Shown: positions 43,659 to 53,323 of the stretch, piece by piece
Numbering within the stretch: the stretch's first letter is position 1
Layout of the letters: the number at the start of each line of letters is the position of its first letter
Virus record (IMG/VR): IMGVR_UViG_3300023296_000874
Span: 186,001 to 250,000 of that record
Strand: one strand, 5' to 3'
DNA: 64,000 nt
Notes under the pieces: generated by a model
The model's input: only the letters and a program-made list of their open reading frames with translations
Told to the model about the DNA's origin: nothing
The model's database searches: none
Translations under genes and position numbers: made by a program

Positions 43659-45470
43659 TCAAAAGAACTTGCGCTTGCGCACGTACATGTTCTTGCGTGC
43701 TTTCTTGAGCTGGTGCGAACGGTGTGTGGAGTAGCCCTTGCCGTTCCCACGTAGTCCGGGGTTCCGGTTGCTCATGCCGTGAACCACTCGAGCGAACTTC
43801 TTGTCGCCAATGCGTTCCTGAGCGAGCCAAATGGCGCGGGCCAGGGCGTCAGCCTGATCGTCGAACCTGCCAGGCAGGTTGGGAGCAGCCACCTCAATCT
43901 GGTACTTGCTGAGGCGCTTCTCCTGAAGGCTGAGCAGCTCTTTGATGTAGTCGCAGTGCTCGTCCCCCTCTTCAATGGGCCAATCGAACAGGCGGATCTT
44001 CTTGTCGAGCATCAGGAGCTTGAAGGCTTGGTACTTCTTGGAGTTCTTGTCGCGGCTGGCGTACTCCATCTCAAACTGCTGGAGTCCGCGCTTGCGGAGT
44101 GCCTGCTCAAGAGGAAGGCCTTCTCGCTGGTCAAAGGAGCCGCGCCAGATGTAGAACTTCTTGCTCAGATCGAAGATCCACTGCGCAATACTCTCGAAGT
44201 CAAGCTGGTCCATGTCCTTGTAGGGGCCAACGCCAGCGTACCGAACGTCCATGTAGTCGAGTACGATCTGGTCGCCCTCAAGATGTACGATGGAGATCGC
44301 CGTACCGTTGTTGACAAGCCCGATGTCAACGCCCATGAAGTGAGGTACGCGAGTAGCGCCGCCACCACGGGGTCGGAGGTCAGGGTCGATGCACTGGAGC
44401 AGGTCGTCTTCCCTGCGGATCCAACCGTGGAGTCGGTCGGAGAACTCAGCTCCGAACTCAACGAGGAAGTTGGCGGGGTCTTCCTTGTACTTCTTGCGGA
44501 GGTACTTACCTGCAATCGTGGGGTTGATCTCCCACGAAGGTGCCTGGATGCAGAGGCGTCCTTCAGAGCGGCCCTCCATTCCCTGCGTGAACAGCTTGTA
44601 GAACTTCCCGGCCTTGTTGAGCGGCGAGGAGATGCAGATCACCTTTCCCTCAGGCTCGCCCGTTTTGGGGTCCTTGAAGGTAGCCGTCGAAGGCGTTGCG
44701 GCCTCGTAGCACTCTTCAGCGGAGCTCTGGCCCTCTGCCACGAAGTGAGCAAACTCGTCGAACACGCATACGATGTTGGCGGGTCCACGGAGGCCTCGTC
44801 CAATAGCCGGACGGAACAGGAGCTCGATGGATCCCTTGGCGTCCGGGCCGTAGCGGTCAATGTCGGCCTGGGTACGGAACACCATGCCTTCAGCGGTGTC
44901 ACTGGCAATGAACGGCTCGAAATAGCGGCACTTCGTCAGGTAGCCGCGCGCCACGTTGTAGAGCATGGAAGCCTGGCGGGCGCTGGTTGCTACAGCACTG
45001 ATGCTGATGCGGCCCACTTCGAGCATCTTGTAGTGGTCGTGCGGATTCACGCGGGCAAGGAGCTTGTAGATCTCGTAGGCGCAGATCATCGAGGTCATTG
45101 CTGACTTAGAGCCACGGCGTCCAACCGACAGGAGGAGGTCGGTGTAGATCTCGCCCTGCTCCTTGACGTTGCAGCGCCCCTCGTTGTGAAGGTAGCGGAG
45201 GAACTCCTTCTCGCTGAGCTCGTACTTCAGTTCCATCATGAACTGGTCGTGTACGGGAATGCCGTGGAAGAGCTTTCCGTCGAGCATCACCTCAGGCTTC
45301 TCAATGCTGAGAGGTACGCCGTAGAACAGCTTGAGTAGCCAACGCTGAGCGGGCCAGAGTCGAGTGTTGAGTCCCCAGGTTGACTCGCAGAACGTGACGA
45401 TGTCAACGAAGTCCTCGTTGTCCTTGTCAGGCTTGCTGAACTCCTGGAGGATGGAGGTAACTGTGTTCAT
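43659..45470 (-). CDS. terL: Terminase large subunit
   Basis: LWPAQ (Q motif), VGRRGSKS (Walker A), CVFDEFAHF (Walker B), ISSP, FMGVDIG and DDQADA nuclease acidic residues. Confidence 0.92.
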   Translation of the reverse strand: MNTVTSILQEFSKPDKDNEDFVDIVTFCESTWGLNTRLWPAQRWLLKLFYGVPLSIEKPEVMLDGKLFHGIPVHDQFMMELKYELSEKEFLRYLHNEGRCNVKEQGEIYTDLLLSVGRRGSKSAMTSMICAYEIYKLLARVNPHDHYKMLEVGRISISAVATSARQASMLYNVARGYLTKCRYFEPFIASDTAEGMVFRTQADIDRYGPDAKGSIELLFRPAIGRGLRGPANIVCVFDEFAHFVAEGQSSAEECYEAATPSTATFKDPKTGEPEGKVICISSPLNKAGKFYKLFTQGMEGRSEGRLCIQAPSWEINPTIAGKYLRKKYKEDPANFLVEFGAEFSDRLHGWIRREDDLLQCIDPDLRPRGGGATRVPHFMGVDIGLVNNGTAISIVHLEGDQIVLDYMDVRYAGVGPYKDMDQLDFESIAQWIFDLSKKFYIWRGSFDQREGLPLEQALRKRGLQQFEMEYASRDKNSKKYQAFKLLMLDKKIRLFDWPIEEGDEHCDYIKELLSLQEKRLSKYQIEVAAPNLPGRFDDQADALARAIWLAQERIGDKKFARVVHGMSNRNPGLRGNGKGYSTHRSHQLKKARKNMYVRKRKFF

Positions 45471-46192
45471 CAGAACCCCTGTGCGCGATCTTCTGCCTCA
45501 CTCACGGCGTCCACGAAAACCTGAGTAGGTCCCGAGAGGTCGTCGAGCTCTGCGTGCTCGAGGTGAGAAGAAACGAGCTTGTCAACGGCACGCTCAAAGG
45601 CACGCTCGTCCACGGAGAGCTTCTCGCTGCTCTTCTTGCGGCCCTTGCCCTTCACCCAGCCGCCCTTGACGTCGCCAAAGAAGGCTGCGAGTGCTTCGGG
45701 GCTACCGCCTGCGATGCTCTTCAGTCCGTGCTGCTCCATGAGCTCGCGGAAGTAGGTCTGGTACTCCTCTTGTAGCGGGCTGAGTGCCAGCTTGTCAGCG
45801 CGAGCCATGCGAACGATGTCAAGCACTTCAGAGCTGAGGCGGTCACCGGAGTTTCCGGCCTCGTGGAGGCTGGCTACGATGGGCATCAGAGTGGAGAACA
45901 AGTCAAAGTTGAGCAGGTTCGATTCGAGCTTGAGGTCCATGTTCCACTTCCTCTTGAATGTCAGGGAGAGCACCTTGTCGTAGAAGCCGTCTTCAGCCGG
46001 GTGCTTAGGGGCTGGGGAGCGCAGTGCTTGCAGCACGTCTCGCCAGAGGCGGTCAGGGATTTCAACTCCCGCCGTGTCACCCAAGGTGGTCCGGATGGTT
46101 GCCTCGTTGCGGAGGAAATGCCGGAACACCACCTTGTTCCGGAAGTCGGCAAGGGTGTCATCTTCCTTGCTGATGTAGTAAGTCAGTGGCAT
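45470..46192 (-). CDS. Hypothetical protein
   Basis: TGATG coupling to terL. Confidence 0.6.
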   Translation of the reverse strand: MPLTYYISKEDDTLADFRNKVVFRHFLRNEATIRTTLGDTAGVEIPDRLWRDVLQALRSPAPKHPAEDGFYDKVLSLTFKRKWNMDLKLESNLLNFDLFSTLMPIVASLHEAGNSGDRLSSEVLDIVRMARADKLALSPLQEEYQTYFRELMEQHGLKSIAGGSPEALAAFFGDVKGGWVKGKGRKKSSEKLSVDERAFERAVDKLVSSHLEHAELDDLSGPTQVFVDAVSEAEDRAQGF

Positions 46193-46193
46193 G

Positions 46194-46829
46194 TCAGCTC
46201 CGGTGCAGTTCTTGGTCGATTGTGCGCTGAGCCTCTACCTGGAAGGTCTCCATGTTCGCTTGGAACACTTGGAAGAAGGCTTGGATGTCGTTCTTCTTGT
46301 ACCCAGCGGTGTCAAGGCTCTCGCGGATCTTGCCGAACAGGAGCCGCATGATCACCTGCATCTGGGTCGAGTTGAAGTCCACCGGCTCTTCAGCGGTGAG
46401 CTCCTTGAGCTTCAGTGCGGTGTCAATCAGAGCCTTCAGTGCCGTCACGCGCCGCCCGGAGGCGTTCGTGATGTCGCGGCCAGCAGTCTCAAGACGCTCA
46501 CGCTCAAACTTGAGAGCGTAGATCTCCTCAGCCAGCTCCTCAGCGGCGGTGCTGAGTACGTGAGGATCGCCCACGTTGCCCTGCATGGTGCGGAGCAGCT
46601 TGTCGTCCACCCGGCCACTCTCCTTCTCCATACGGCGACGGGTCTCGTCATCAATGGGGATGGCCTCAGTGTCAACCGCGCGTACACGGCTTGGGCTCTT
46701 GGTAGCTGCGGCGCGAACCACTACAAGCTCACTTCCGCGATCCTCGATCTCGTCTTCGGCATCCATGTCCAAAGTCTCGATGATGGAGTCAAGCTCCTCG
46801 TCGGAAAGGTCGTTCTTGTTGGTCGGCAT
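46194..46829 (-). CDS. Possible terminase small subunit
   Basis: 211 aa, helical, two genes upstream of terL; positional inference only. Confidence 0.35.
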   Translation of the reverse strand: MPTNKNDLSDEELDSIIETLDMDAEDEIEDRGSELVVVRAAATKSPSRVRAVDTEAIPIDDETRRRMEKESGRVDDKLLRTMQGNVGDPHVLSTAAEELAEEIYALKFERERLETAGRDITNASGRRVTALKALIDTALKLKELTAEEPVDFNSTQMQVIMRLLFGKIRESLDTAGYKKNDIQAFFQVFQANMETFQVEAQRTIDQELHRS

Positions 46830-46838
46830 GGCAGTCTC

Positions 46839-47174
46839 CTACTGAGTGGGTTCTACGCCGCCCGTTGATTGCTCAGCGGAGGGTCCGGGGGGAGGTGTAC
46901 CTGTCTGGTACTCGCTCGGGATGTTGTATCGGGCAAGGTTGGAGATGTCATCGTAGAGGGGATGGTCTTCAATCTCACTGAGGCGCTTGTCCTCGTGATC
47001 CTCCCCCTCAATACCGTCCCGAGAGTCCTCAAGCATCTTCTGTACTTGCTTGCCTTCCGATTGGAACAGCTCACGCTCATGCTGGGGAATGTCAGAATCG
47101 TCGACGAGTCCGTCGCCGTACTCGGGCGCGGCCTGAATCAAACGGGCGAGGCGGTGTAGGCGGTCAGAGATCAA
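46839..47174 (-). CDS. Small hypothetical late protein
   Basis: RLHRLARLI leader; overlaps the upstream stop. Confidence 0.55.
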   Translation of the reverse strand: MISDRLHRLARLIQAAPEYGDGLVDDSDIPQHERELFQSEGKQVQKMLEDSRDGIEGEDHEDKRLSEIEDHPLYDDISNLARYNIPSEYQTGTPPPGPSAEQSTGGVEPTQ

Positions 47175-49810
47175 AAGAGCTCTCCCATGGGATCGTCGAA
47201 CCCAACGTCAAGGTCAACGGCTTCCGCTTCAGCGTTGTAGTCCACGTCGAGGTAGCCTCCGAGGCCGTACTCCAACGAGGGGTCAATACCTACGGGAGTA
47301 GGGTTGCTGAGCTCCTGTGTCACGGTAGGCATCTCAGGTACCTCTGCCACAACCTGTCGGTCGTACACCTGGCACCTGTTGTTCGCGCTCTTGAACACAC
47401 ATCCGCTGCACTTACCCATCGCCTTCACGTAGGGAGCGGGGCTGTCTGCAACCTGCTTGGCACCCTGGTCACATGCGTTGTAGGGGCGGGGGTCGATGTA
47501 GTGCGCGCCAATGCCTCGGCCATCATCAACCAGCGCCTGCCGGAGGAAGTTGGCCTCGCTGTTGTAGAGCTCGGGGCTGAAGCTGTTCCGAATCCAGCTC
47601 TGAAGTCCGGAGCCCGTAACGCCACGGTTCATCGCCATCACAACACGCTTCCTGAAGGAAGTACGCTGGGTGGAGCTGATGCGGGCGGGGCGACTCTTCC
47701 GAACCACGCTGGCATCCACGGTGGGTACATCAACGTCGCCGGGTGCGCGTACATTCACCTTCAGGTCAGCCATGGAGGCCACGAACTTGCGGTCGGCTTC
47801 AGCCTTCTTGTACCGAGCGTAGCGCTCCTGCTCCTGAGCGAGGTCACGGAGTACCTGCTGGCGAGTGCTTGTGCGCTCCTCAACCTGCTGCTTCGCTTCC
47901 GCAGCCTTCTCGGTGGAGATCGTGTCGGCCTCTACCTCACGGTCGATCAGAGCCATCAACGCGGAAGCGATGCGGGCTTCCTCTCTCTGCGCGGCGGTGC
48001 GGAACTGGTCCTGTACCTGCTTCTTGGTCACCTGCGGGGTGGATACACGGGCAACACGCTCAGGTCCTGCAATAGCAGCCGGGCGCGGGCTCATGTAGGC
48101 AGCCTGAACGATGTCCCAGGAGTTGGTCGATCCAACCAAAGTACGCAGTTCGAGTGCGCGTTCCGAGCTGATTCGCTCATTCATCTCGAGCTTGTCAACC
48201 GCCTCACTCGCCTCAATCTCAAACTGGCCGATGCTGCCGTAGTTGATGAGGGTCAGTGCCGGGAAGTCGCGTGCGGGGTCGGGAGCAGAGCTCGGCCCGC
48301 CACATGCGCCGCCACAGCCTTCCTTGAGGAGGAACTGAGGGTGGAGCCGGTTGTCGGTGAGGAAGTTCTTGGCCTCGCTGGCGCTACGGAACCCACGCAC
48401 ATCGAGCACCACGTTTCCGAGCAGTCCGGCCATCCGAACAATCGGTCGGATGTGGCTACCCGCTGCAACCACAGCAGGGGCACCGAAGCGCTCTACCAAG
48501 TGGTTCTGGAGTGCGCTGCCGTGAACACCCTTGTACGCCGCCTGGTAGGCAGAGCGCACGACGCTGGCGTGCTTCTGAGGGATGGCATGTGAGATGGTCG
48601 CAGCCTTGGCATCTACTACCTGCTGCTGGGTCTGCATCTGCTGAGCGTCATACTTCGGCTGGTAGTCAGCTACCTCAACCGGAGCAAGTACGCCGTGAGC
48701 CTCTGCGAGGAGGTCCCGAACATCCACAGAGCCAATGCGGCTCAGGATACCTTCGGCTGTTTTGGCGTCGAGCGTCCCTGCGTCACGGAGCTGAGCCACC
48801 TCAGCGGCGAGCACCTCTTCGGTGTAGGGAATGTCCTTCACCACCTGCTTCCCAATGAGGGAGCAGCCGCCTTCGCGGTTGAAGTGGCAGCCACTGCACT
48901 TGTCCATCTCAAGGATGAACTCAGCGGCGTTGTGGTGACGGCGGAAGAAGTCGTTGGCGTCGTGGCATGTGCGGAACTGGTCCGGGCGCACGTAGACGCT
49001 ACCCAGGAGGTTCTGCTCAGAAGCGAGGGTAGTGATGGCATCGCTGTCCGCGCGGGCAAACCGACGCTCAAGGGAGGCACTCAGACGTCCCTTCGCAGCC
49101 ATCATCTTCTGGCTGAGGTCCCTGTAGAGGGAACGCTCAACGGCGCTCTGGAAGTCAGCGCTCGGCGGCTCGTACTTGCCGGAGGCACGTCGGTCACGCG
49201 CTACCTGGGCATTCGCATCTTCCGTCACGTGCGTGCGGAGGTCACTCGAGTTGTAGTCGCGGTGCGTGCGGATGGGCTGAGCGAGGAAGGCATTGAGTTG
49301 GTCGTTCTCTTCCGGCACGGCAGGCAGGTCAAGGCGAGCGTGATACTCGTCAATCGCACTACCGTCCTGCACCTCGAAAGTCACGTCGCGCTGCATCTGT
49401 CCGAGCATGGCGTGCTCGTTGGCAACGCTCTGTAGCGTCGGTACCAGCATAGCAATGTGGTCTGGGTGAACGTTCTCACGTACCCACGCGGCAAGCTTCG
49501 GTGCGTCCCAACCGGCGTGAAGGCGGTCCTTCACAGCGCTCGATACGAGGTTGCGTAGCTCAGCATCCTCCATGTGCTCTGTCGATGCCCACTTGTGCTC
49601 GCGCACGGTGTCGGGATCAAGAGCAGGAACACGGTGGACCGTGCCCATGTCGTGATGCGTCCAGGCATCTACGAGGTCAGGGACAGCGTCAAGGTTCTGC
49701 CGGGGCAGTCTCTCAACATGGCGGTAAGCCTCTTCATCTACGTCAAGCCAGTCCAGGTTCGGGACGGGGTTTTCGAAGATGTGGGAGAGATCTCCGGGCT
49801 GCTTGGGCAT
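47171..49810 (-). CDS. Large head-associated protein with repeated Cys-rich domains
   Basis: Two full and one degenerate LG..Y.DP..F..C...A........KCSGC.F....C....Q.V..P repeats; GGAG RBS before ATG 49810. Confidence 0.65.
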   Translation of the reverse strand: MPKQPGDLSHIFENPVPNLDWLDVDEEAYRHVERLPRQNLDAVPDLVDAWTHHDMGTVHRVPALDPDTVREHKWASTEHMEDAELRNLVSSAVKDRLHAGWDAPKLAAWVRENVHPDHIAMLVPTLQSVANEHAMLGQMQRDVTFEVQDGSAIDEYHARLDLPAVPEENDQLNAFLAQPIRTHRDYNSSDLRTHVTEDANAQVARDRRASGKYEPPSADFQSAVERSLYRDLSQKMMAAKGRLSASLERRFARADSDAITTLASEQNLLGSVYVRPDQFRTCHDANDFFRRHHNAAEFILEMDKCSGCHFNREGGCSLIGKQVVKDIPYTEEVLAAEVAQLRDAGTLDAKTAEGILSRIGSVDVRDLLAEAHGVLAPVEVADYQPKYDAQQMQTQQQVVDAKAATISHAIPQKHASVVRSAYQAAYKGVHGSALQNHLVERFGAPAVVAAGSHIRPIVRMAGLLGNVVLDVRGFRSASEAKNFLTDNRLHPQFLLKEGCGGACGGPSSAPDPARDFPALTLINYGSIGQFEIEASEAVDKLEMNERISSERALELRTLVGSTNSWDIVQAAYMSPRPAAIAGPERVARVSTPQVTKKQVQDQFRTAAQREEARIASALMALIDREVEADTISTEKAAEAKQQVEERTSTRQQVLRDLAQEQERYARYKKAEADRKFVASMADLKVNVRAPGDVDVPTVDASVVRKSRPARISSTQRTSFRKRVVMAMNRGVTGSGLQSWIRNSFSPELYNSEANFLRQALVDDGRGIGAHYIDPRPYNACDQGAKQVADSPAPYVKAMGKCSGCVFKSANNRCQVYDRQVVAEVPEMPTVTQELSNPTPVGIDPSLEYGLGGYLDVDYNAEAEAVDLDVGFDDPMGELF

Positions 49811-49811
49811 T

Positions 49812-50003
49812 TCAGTCTCCTCGGATGGCGGAAGCCAGCACACGGATGCGGTTTGAAGTTGACTTGTAGATGAAGTCTGCGCTGGGGGTTGTAGGCCACA
49901 CGACGCGGGCTTGGGATTTGTCTTCGAACACCTTCGTGTTGAGCGGATTTCCGTGCCCAACCTCGGAGGTTTCCTCTACACGTCTCTTGTCTTTGCGCTT
50001 CAT
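49812..50003 (-). CDS. Small hypothetical protein
   Basis: TGATG coupling upstream; abuts the next start. Confidence 0.5.
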   Translation of the reverse strand: MKRKDKRRVEETSEVGHGNPLNTKVFEDKSQARVVWPTTPSADFIYKSTSNRIRVLASAIRGD

Positions 50004-50548
50004 CAGAGCTCACCATCACGTGCTTCGAGGTACTCGTTGTACCCTTCGATGAGCCTTCGTGCTGTCCCATCCACAAGGGATTCGGTACCGGTCAGAAGGT
50101 GGTCCATCAGCTTGGTCAAACCGCGTGGCGATAGCGCCCCTGTACCAAGGATACTGAGTTCAAGTGCGGATGCGTGAACTGCGTCTTCTACTACCTCAAG
50201 CGCCAGTGCTGGTGCATGTACGGCGAAGAAGTCTCTACTCTGATTCTTTCGGATGGTCTGTGTGAGCGCTCTATTGAGGTGCGCGTTCAATCTTGAAGTT
50301 GCAAGTACGAGCACGCTGCTTCTGAGCTCTGCGTCGAACAGAGTATCGAACTGGTCATCAGCACCCGTGAGGTTGCGCTTCAGGATTGCTCCCTCGTCGT
50401 CCTCGATGTCACCCCGACCCTCGTCCTCGTTCCAGGAGCCGTAGGGGCCTGGGCCGTAGCCACGCTCACGAACGGCGGGTCCGGACTGCGGCTGTGTGCC
50501 GAAGCTCCGTTCCGAAACCATTCCGCCCCATGCCTTACGATCCTTCAT
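50003..50548 (-). CDS. Hypothetical protein
   Basis: Operon-filling ORF; ATG at 50548. Confidence 0.55.
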   Translation of the reverse strand: MKDRKAWGGMVSERSFGTQPQSGPAVRERGYGPGPYGSWNEDEGRGDIEDDEGAILKRNLTGADDQFDTLFDAELRSSVLVLATSRLNAHLNRALTQTIRKNQSRDFFAVHAPALALEVVEDAVHASALELSILGTGALSPRGLTKLMDHLLTGTESLVDGTARRLIEGYNEYLEARDGEL

Positions 50549-51083
50549 TGACGATCTCCTCAATGAACTCGTCTTCGGCGTAGCCCTCGGGGTCTTCCTT
50601 GATCTCCTCTACGTCCTCGATGATCTCCTCAACCTGCTCCTTCTGCTTCTTGGGTAGGTTGTCCTTGATCTCACGCCAGTGCGGGGCGTTCACCTCGTCG
50701 AACAGGGTGTCCTGCACTCCGCTCAAGGTGTTCAATGCGTTGGTCAGCTCCGCACGCATGTCGGTGACGCTCTTGTTGTAGCCCATGCCCCCGAGCTTGC
50801 CGTCAGGGGAGAGGTTGAAGCTCTTGATCCGGCTGAAGGTGTCAACCACGGAGCTTGTGTGGCCGAGTGCAACTGATACCTGCCAGAGCAGCTTGGTCAA
50901 GGTGACATAGTCTTCCTTGCGGAAGTTGTGGTTCTCAAGGAAGTCTCGGCCTGCGCTGAGGTTGTCCTTGATGTGGCGAATTTCACCTGCGGTTCGCATC
51001 AGCGAAGCACTGCGCTCCAGCGGAGTCTCAATGAACTCTGCTGCCAACTTCTCTGCCGCCGCGATGTCGTCGAAATCAGACAC
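50535..51083 (-). CDS. Hypothetical protein
   Basis: GAGGTGG RBS before GTG 51083; AEKLAAEF leader, RSAS/RTAG motifs. Confidence 0.6.
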   Translation of the reverse strand: MSDFDDIAAAEKLAAEFIETPLERSASLMRTAGEIRHIKDNLSAGRDFLENHNFRKEDYVTLTKLLWQVSVALGHTSSVVDTFSRIKSFNLSPDGKLGGMGYNKSVTDMRAELTNALNTLSGVQDTLFDEVNAPHWREIKDNLPKKQKEQVEEIIEDVEEIKEDPEGYAEDEFIEEIVNEGS

Positions 51084-51090
51084 ATCCACC

Positions 51091-51915
51091 TCAGTAGTTG
51101 AGTACGTCGCCCTCGTAGAGGCGCTCAATGACGTCCTGGCCGTCTGCATCCTTGGTGAGCTTCCAGAGGTCCCGGTCGCACTTGTGGATCAGCATGTCGT
51201 TCCCTACGCGAAGGAACTGAGTCAGATCGCCGAAGGCCACCTTGCGCATCGAGCCGGTCCGTACCTTGCTGCTCGCCTGCTTCTTGATCTCAACCGCGCG
51301 CCGCCCAATGTTGCTCTCCTTGAACTCAAGCTTCTGCTGGAGCAGGTACGTGTGGGAGTCGTGGCTGTTGGCAAGAGCCTGGATGAAGTCGTCCAGTCCG
51401 AGAGGCATCACGCCGGAGGTCTTCAGGCTGTCGTACACCGTCTGAGCGGCCTTCTGGAAGTCCTCTTCGGCCTGTAGGGCGCGGCGGAAGGGGCATTCGA
51501 TCTGCTCCCAACGGGAAACCCAATCCATAGCCACTCGGAGCAGAAGCACCGGCTCGAGTACTTGTGCGCCAAGGTAGCCAGCAGTCTTCTCGGCAAGGCC
51601 ATCAATCTCAAGCGTTGTGTTCTCGTAGAGGCGCTGGAACATCAGATGGTCGCCGTAGAAGCCATCCGATCCAACCTGCCAGTGTGCGTGGCGGTAGATC
51701 CAGTCCTGGGCACGTAGTAGGCCCAAAAGTCCAATCATGCTGGAGCCGAGTACACGGAGCTGATCCTCCGAGCCGCTGATGTAGGCAGTCTTCCCCTCGG
51801 TCTTGCCGCCAAGGAAGGTGTCGAATGCGGGATTGGAGAATGCGTCGTGGATACCCGTGGCGTCCGTCTTCATCTCAGCAATCGCCGCCTGTAGGTCGCG
51901 ATAGATGTCGTTCAT
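51091..51915 (-). CDS. Dps/ferritin-like domain protein with C-terminal extension
   Basis: HAHWQV...FYGDHLMFQRLYE....IDGLAEK ... GLDDFI.....H....YLL = Dps ferroxidase pattern. Confidence 0.75.
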   Translation of the reverse strand: MNDIYRDLQAAIAEMKTDATGIHDAFSNPAFDTFLGGKTEGKTAYISGSEDQLRVLGSSMIGLLGLLRAQDWIYRHAHWQVGSDGFYGDHLMFQRLYENTTLEIDGLAEKTAGYLGAQVLEPVLLLRVAMDWVSRWEQIECPFRRALQAEEDFQKAAQTVYDSLKTSGVMPLGLDDFIQALANSHDSHTYLLQQKLEFKESNIGRRAVEIKKQASSKVRTGSMRKVAFGDLTQFLRVGNDMLIHKCDRDLWKLTKDADGQDVIERLYEGDVLNY

Positions 51916-51954
51916 GAATGGCTCCACGAGAGGTGATACGTCAGAGGTGCAGGT

Positions 51955-51970
51955 CTACAAATGGAATATG
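51955..51970 (-). promoter_or_regulatory. Conserved 16-bp motif (putative late promoter of the packaging operon)
   Basis: ctacaaatggaatatg, 40 nt upstream of 51915. Confidence 0.7.
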
Positions 51971-52022
51971 ACGGCTTGACTTCTCTGAGTATCTGGTTGT
52001 TTGAGGCGTTAGGGAGAGCAGA

Positions 52023-52646
52023 ATGTACGACCTTGTATTCGCCATGCTGTTCGAGGAGGAGCCCACGCTCGAGTGGAAGAGCGGACCGGATTTCGTGAAT
52101 GGATGGTGGTTCCAAGGCTGGCCTCCTACAGAGAGCCCGGCCATACGACGTCACGGCTGGCACTTCGCAGACCCCGTACAGGGACATGCTGCTTGTGGCA
52201 GTAGCGGAGGGGTGAGGCACAGCGCACCCTTCCCCGGCGTAGAGCACAGCTCAGGGCTCTTCGGCTTTGGGGTACGCGAGCGACACCTCGCGTTATGCGA
52301 CATGTGTGAGGCATCTGCTAAAGGATGGATGTCAGAAATCCCCATCATGGACATGCCGGACCAAGCGAAGCTCCTGAAGCCTTCAAGGGCTTACTGGATG
52401 GTGCAATCAAACCTGTGTCGTGCCGCCTACATCCTCAACCGGATAGAGGTAACTGACATCTGGTACCCTTCGGTGCGTGATCATCTGCGAGCCGTCCTCG
52501 AGCCGATTTCGGAAGACCTTTTCAGAGACGCCTCCTCCGATAGAAAGGCGTCTAACGGGTATCACGGATACGACAGCGAGATGAAAATAGACCGCGACCA
52601 TCAGCGCCTGTGGAACCTCATCACCCAGCGCCTGGAGAACTCATGA
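52023..52646 (+). CDS. Hypothetical protein
   Basis: GGAG RBS; ATGA overlap with nadD. Confidence 0.5.
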   Translation: MYDLVFAMLFEEEPTLEWKSGPDFVNGWWFQGWPPTESPAIRRHGWHFADPVQGHAACGSSGGVRHSAPFPGVEHSSGLFGFGVRERHLALCDMCEASAKGWMSEIPIMDMPDQAKLLKPSRAYWMVQSNLCRAAYILNRIEVTDIWYPSVRDHLRAVLEPISEDLFRDASSDRKASNGYHGYDSEMKIDRDHQRLWNLITQRLENS

Positions 52647-53278
52647 GTACCGCCCTTGACGCCCGCACCGATCCAGCTACCAAGAAGCGCGTAGCTCTGA
52701 TTGGGGGCTCCTTCCACCCGCCCACTCTGGACCACGGCAACGTCGGACAGGAGCTGCTGCGGTTGGGCCTCGTGGATGAGGTGTGGTACGTCCCTTCAGC
52801 CAACCACCCCTTCGCCGCTACTCAGGACAAGAAGAAGAACATGCTGCCGATTGAGGATCGCGGTGAGATGTTGTGGAGTATGATCTCCAAGTTCCCTGAG
52901 AAGGACCAGATGAGCGTCACGTTCATCGAGCAGACGGCAGACCTCAGCGGCTACACCTGGGAAACCGTCGCGGCCTTGAAGGCGCAGTACGGACATGACT
53001 TCTACTGGGTGATGGGTACCGACTGCGTAGATGACTTGTCCAAGTGGAGCAAGGTGCCCTGGTTGCTTGAGAACGTGACCTTCATCGTGTACCCGCGTGG
53101 TGGCTACCCTGATGGCATCGGCGGGTACTGGACCCCGCTCAGGGCCGAGCATGTGGTGATTGCACGCGAAGACGTGAAGGAGACCTCCGGCAGCAGCTCG
53201 GAGGCTCGCGAGAACCCTGATGGTGGACTGCTTGACGTTGACGTCGCTACCTTCTGGAAGGGGAAGCACTCCGTTTAG
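52643..53278 (+). CDS. nadD: Nicotinate/nicotinamide mononucleotide adenylyltransferase
   Basis: GGSFHPPTLDH (T/HxGH-like), VWYVPS..HPF, YTWETV..L, WVMGTD..DL.KW. Confidence 0.85.
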   Translation: MSTALDARTDPATKKRVALIGGSFHPPTLDHGNVGQELLRLGLVDEVWYVPSANHPFAATQDKKKNMLPIEDRGEMLWSMISKFPEKDQMSVTFIEQTADLSGYTWETVAALKAQYGHDFYWVMGTDCVDDLSKWSKVPWLLENVTFIVYPRGGYPDGIGGYWTPLRAEHVVIAREDVKETSGSSSEARENPDGGLLDVDVATFWKGKHSV

Positions 53279-53323
53279 CCCTCGCTGCCAAATTCCGGTG
53301 TCCATCGAGGCATCGGAGGCAGC

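Noticed and set aside
40148-45470. Inteins, introns or homing endonucleases in terL, portal or MCP
   Set aside because: Lengths are ordinary, motifs are contiguous, and no HNH/LAGLIDADG/GIY-YIG or intein splice motifs were seen.
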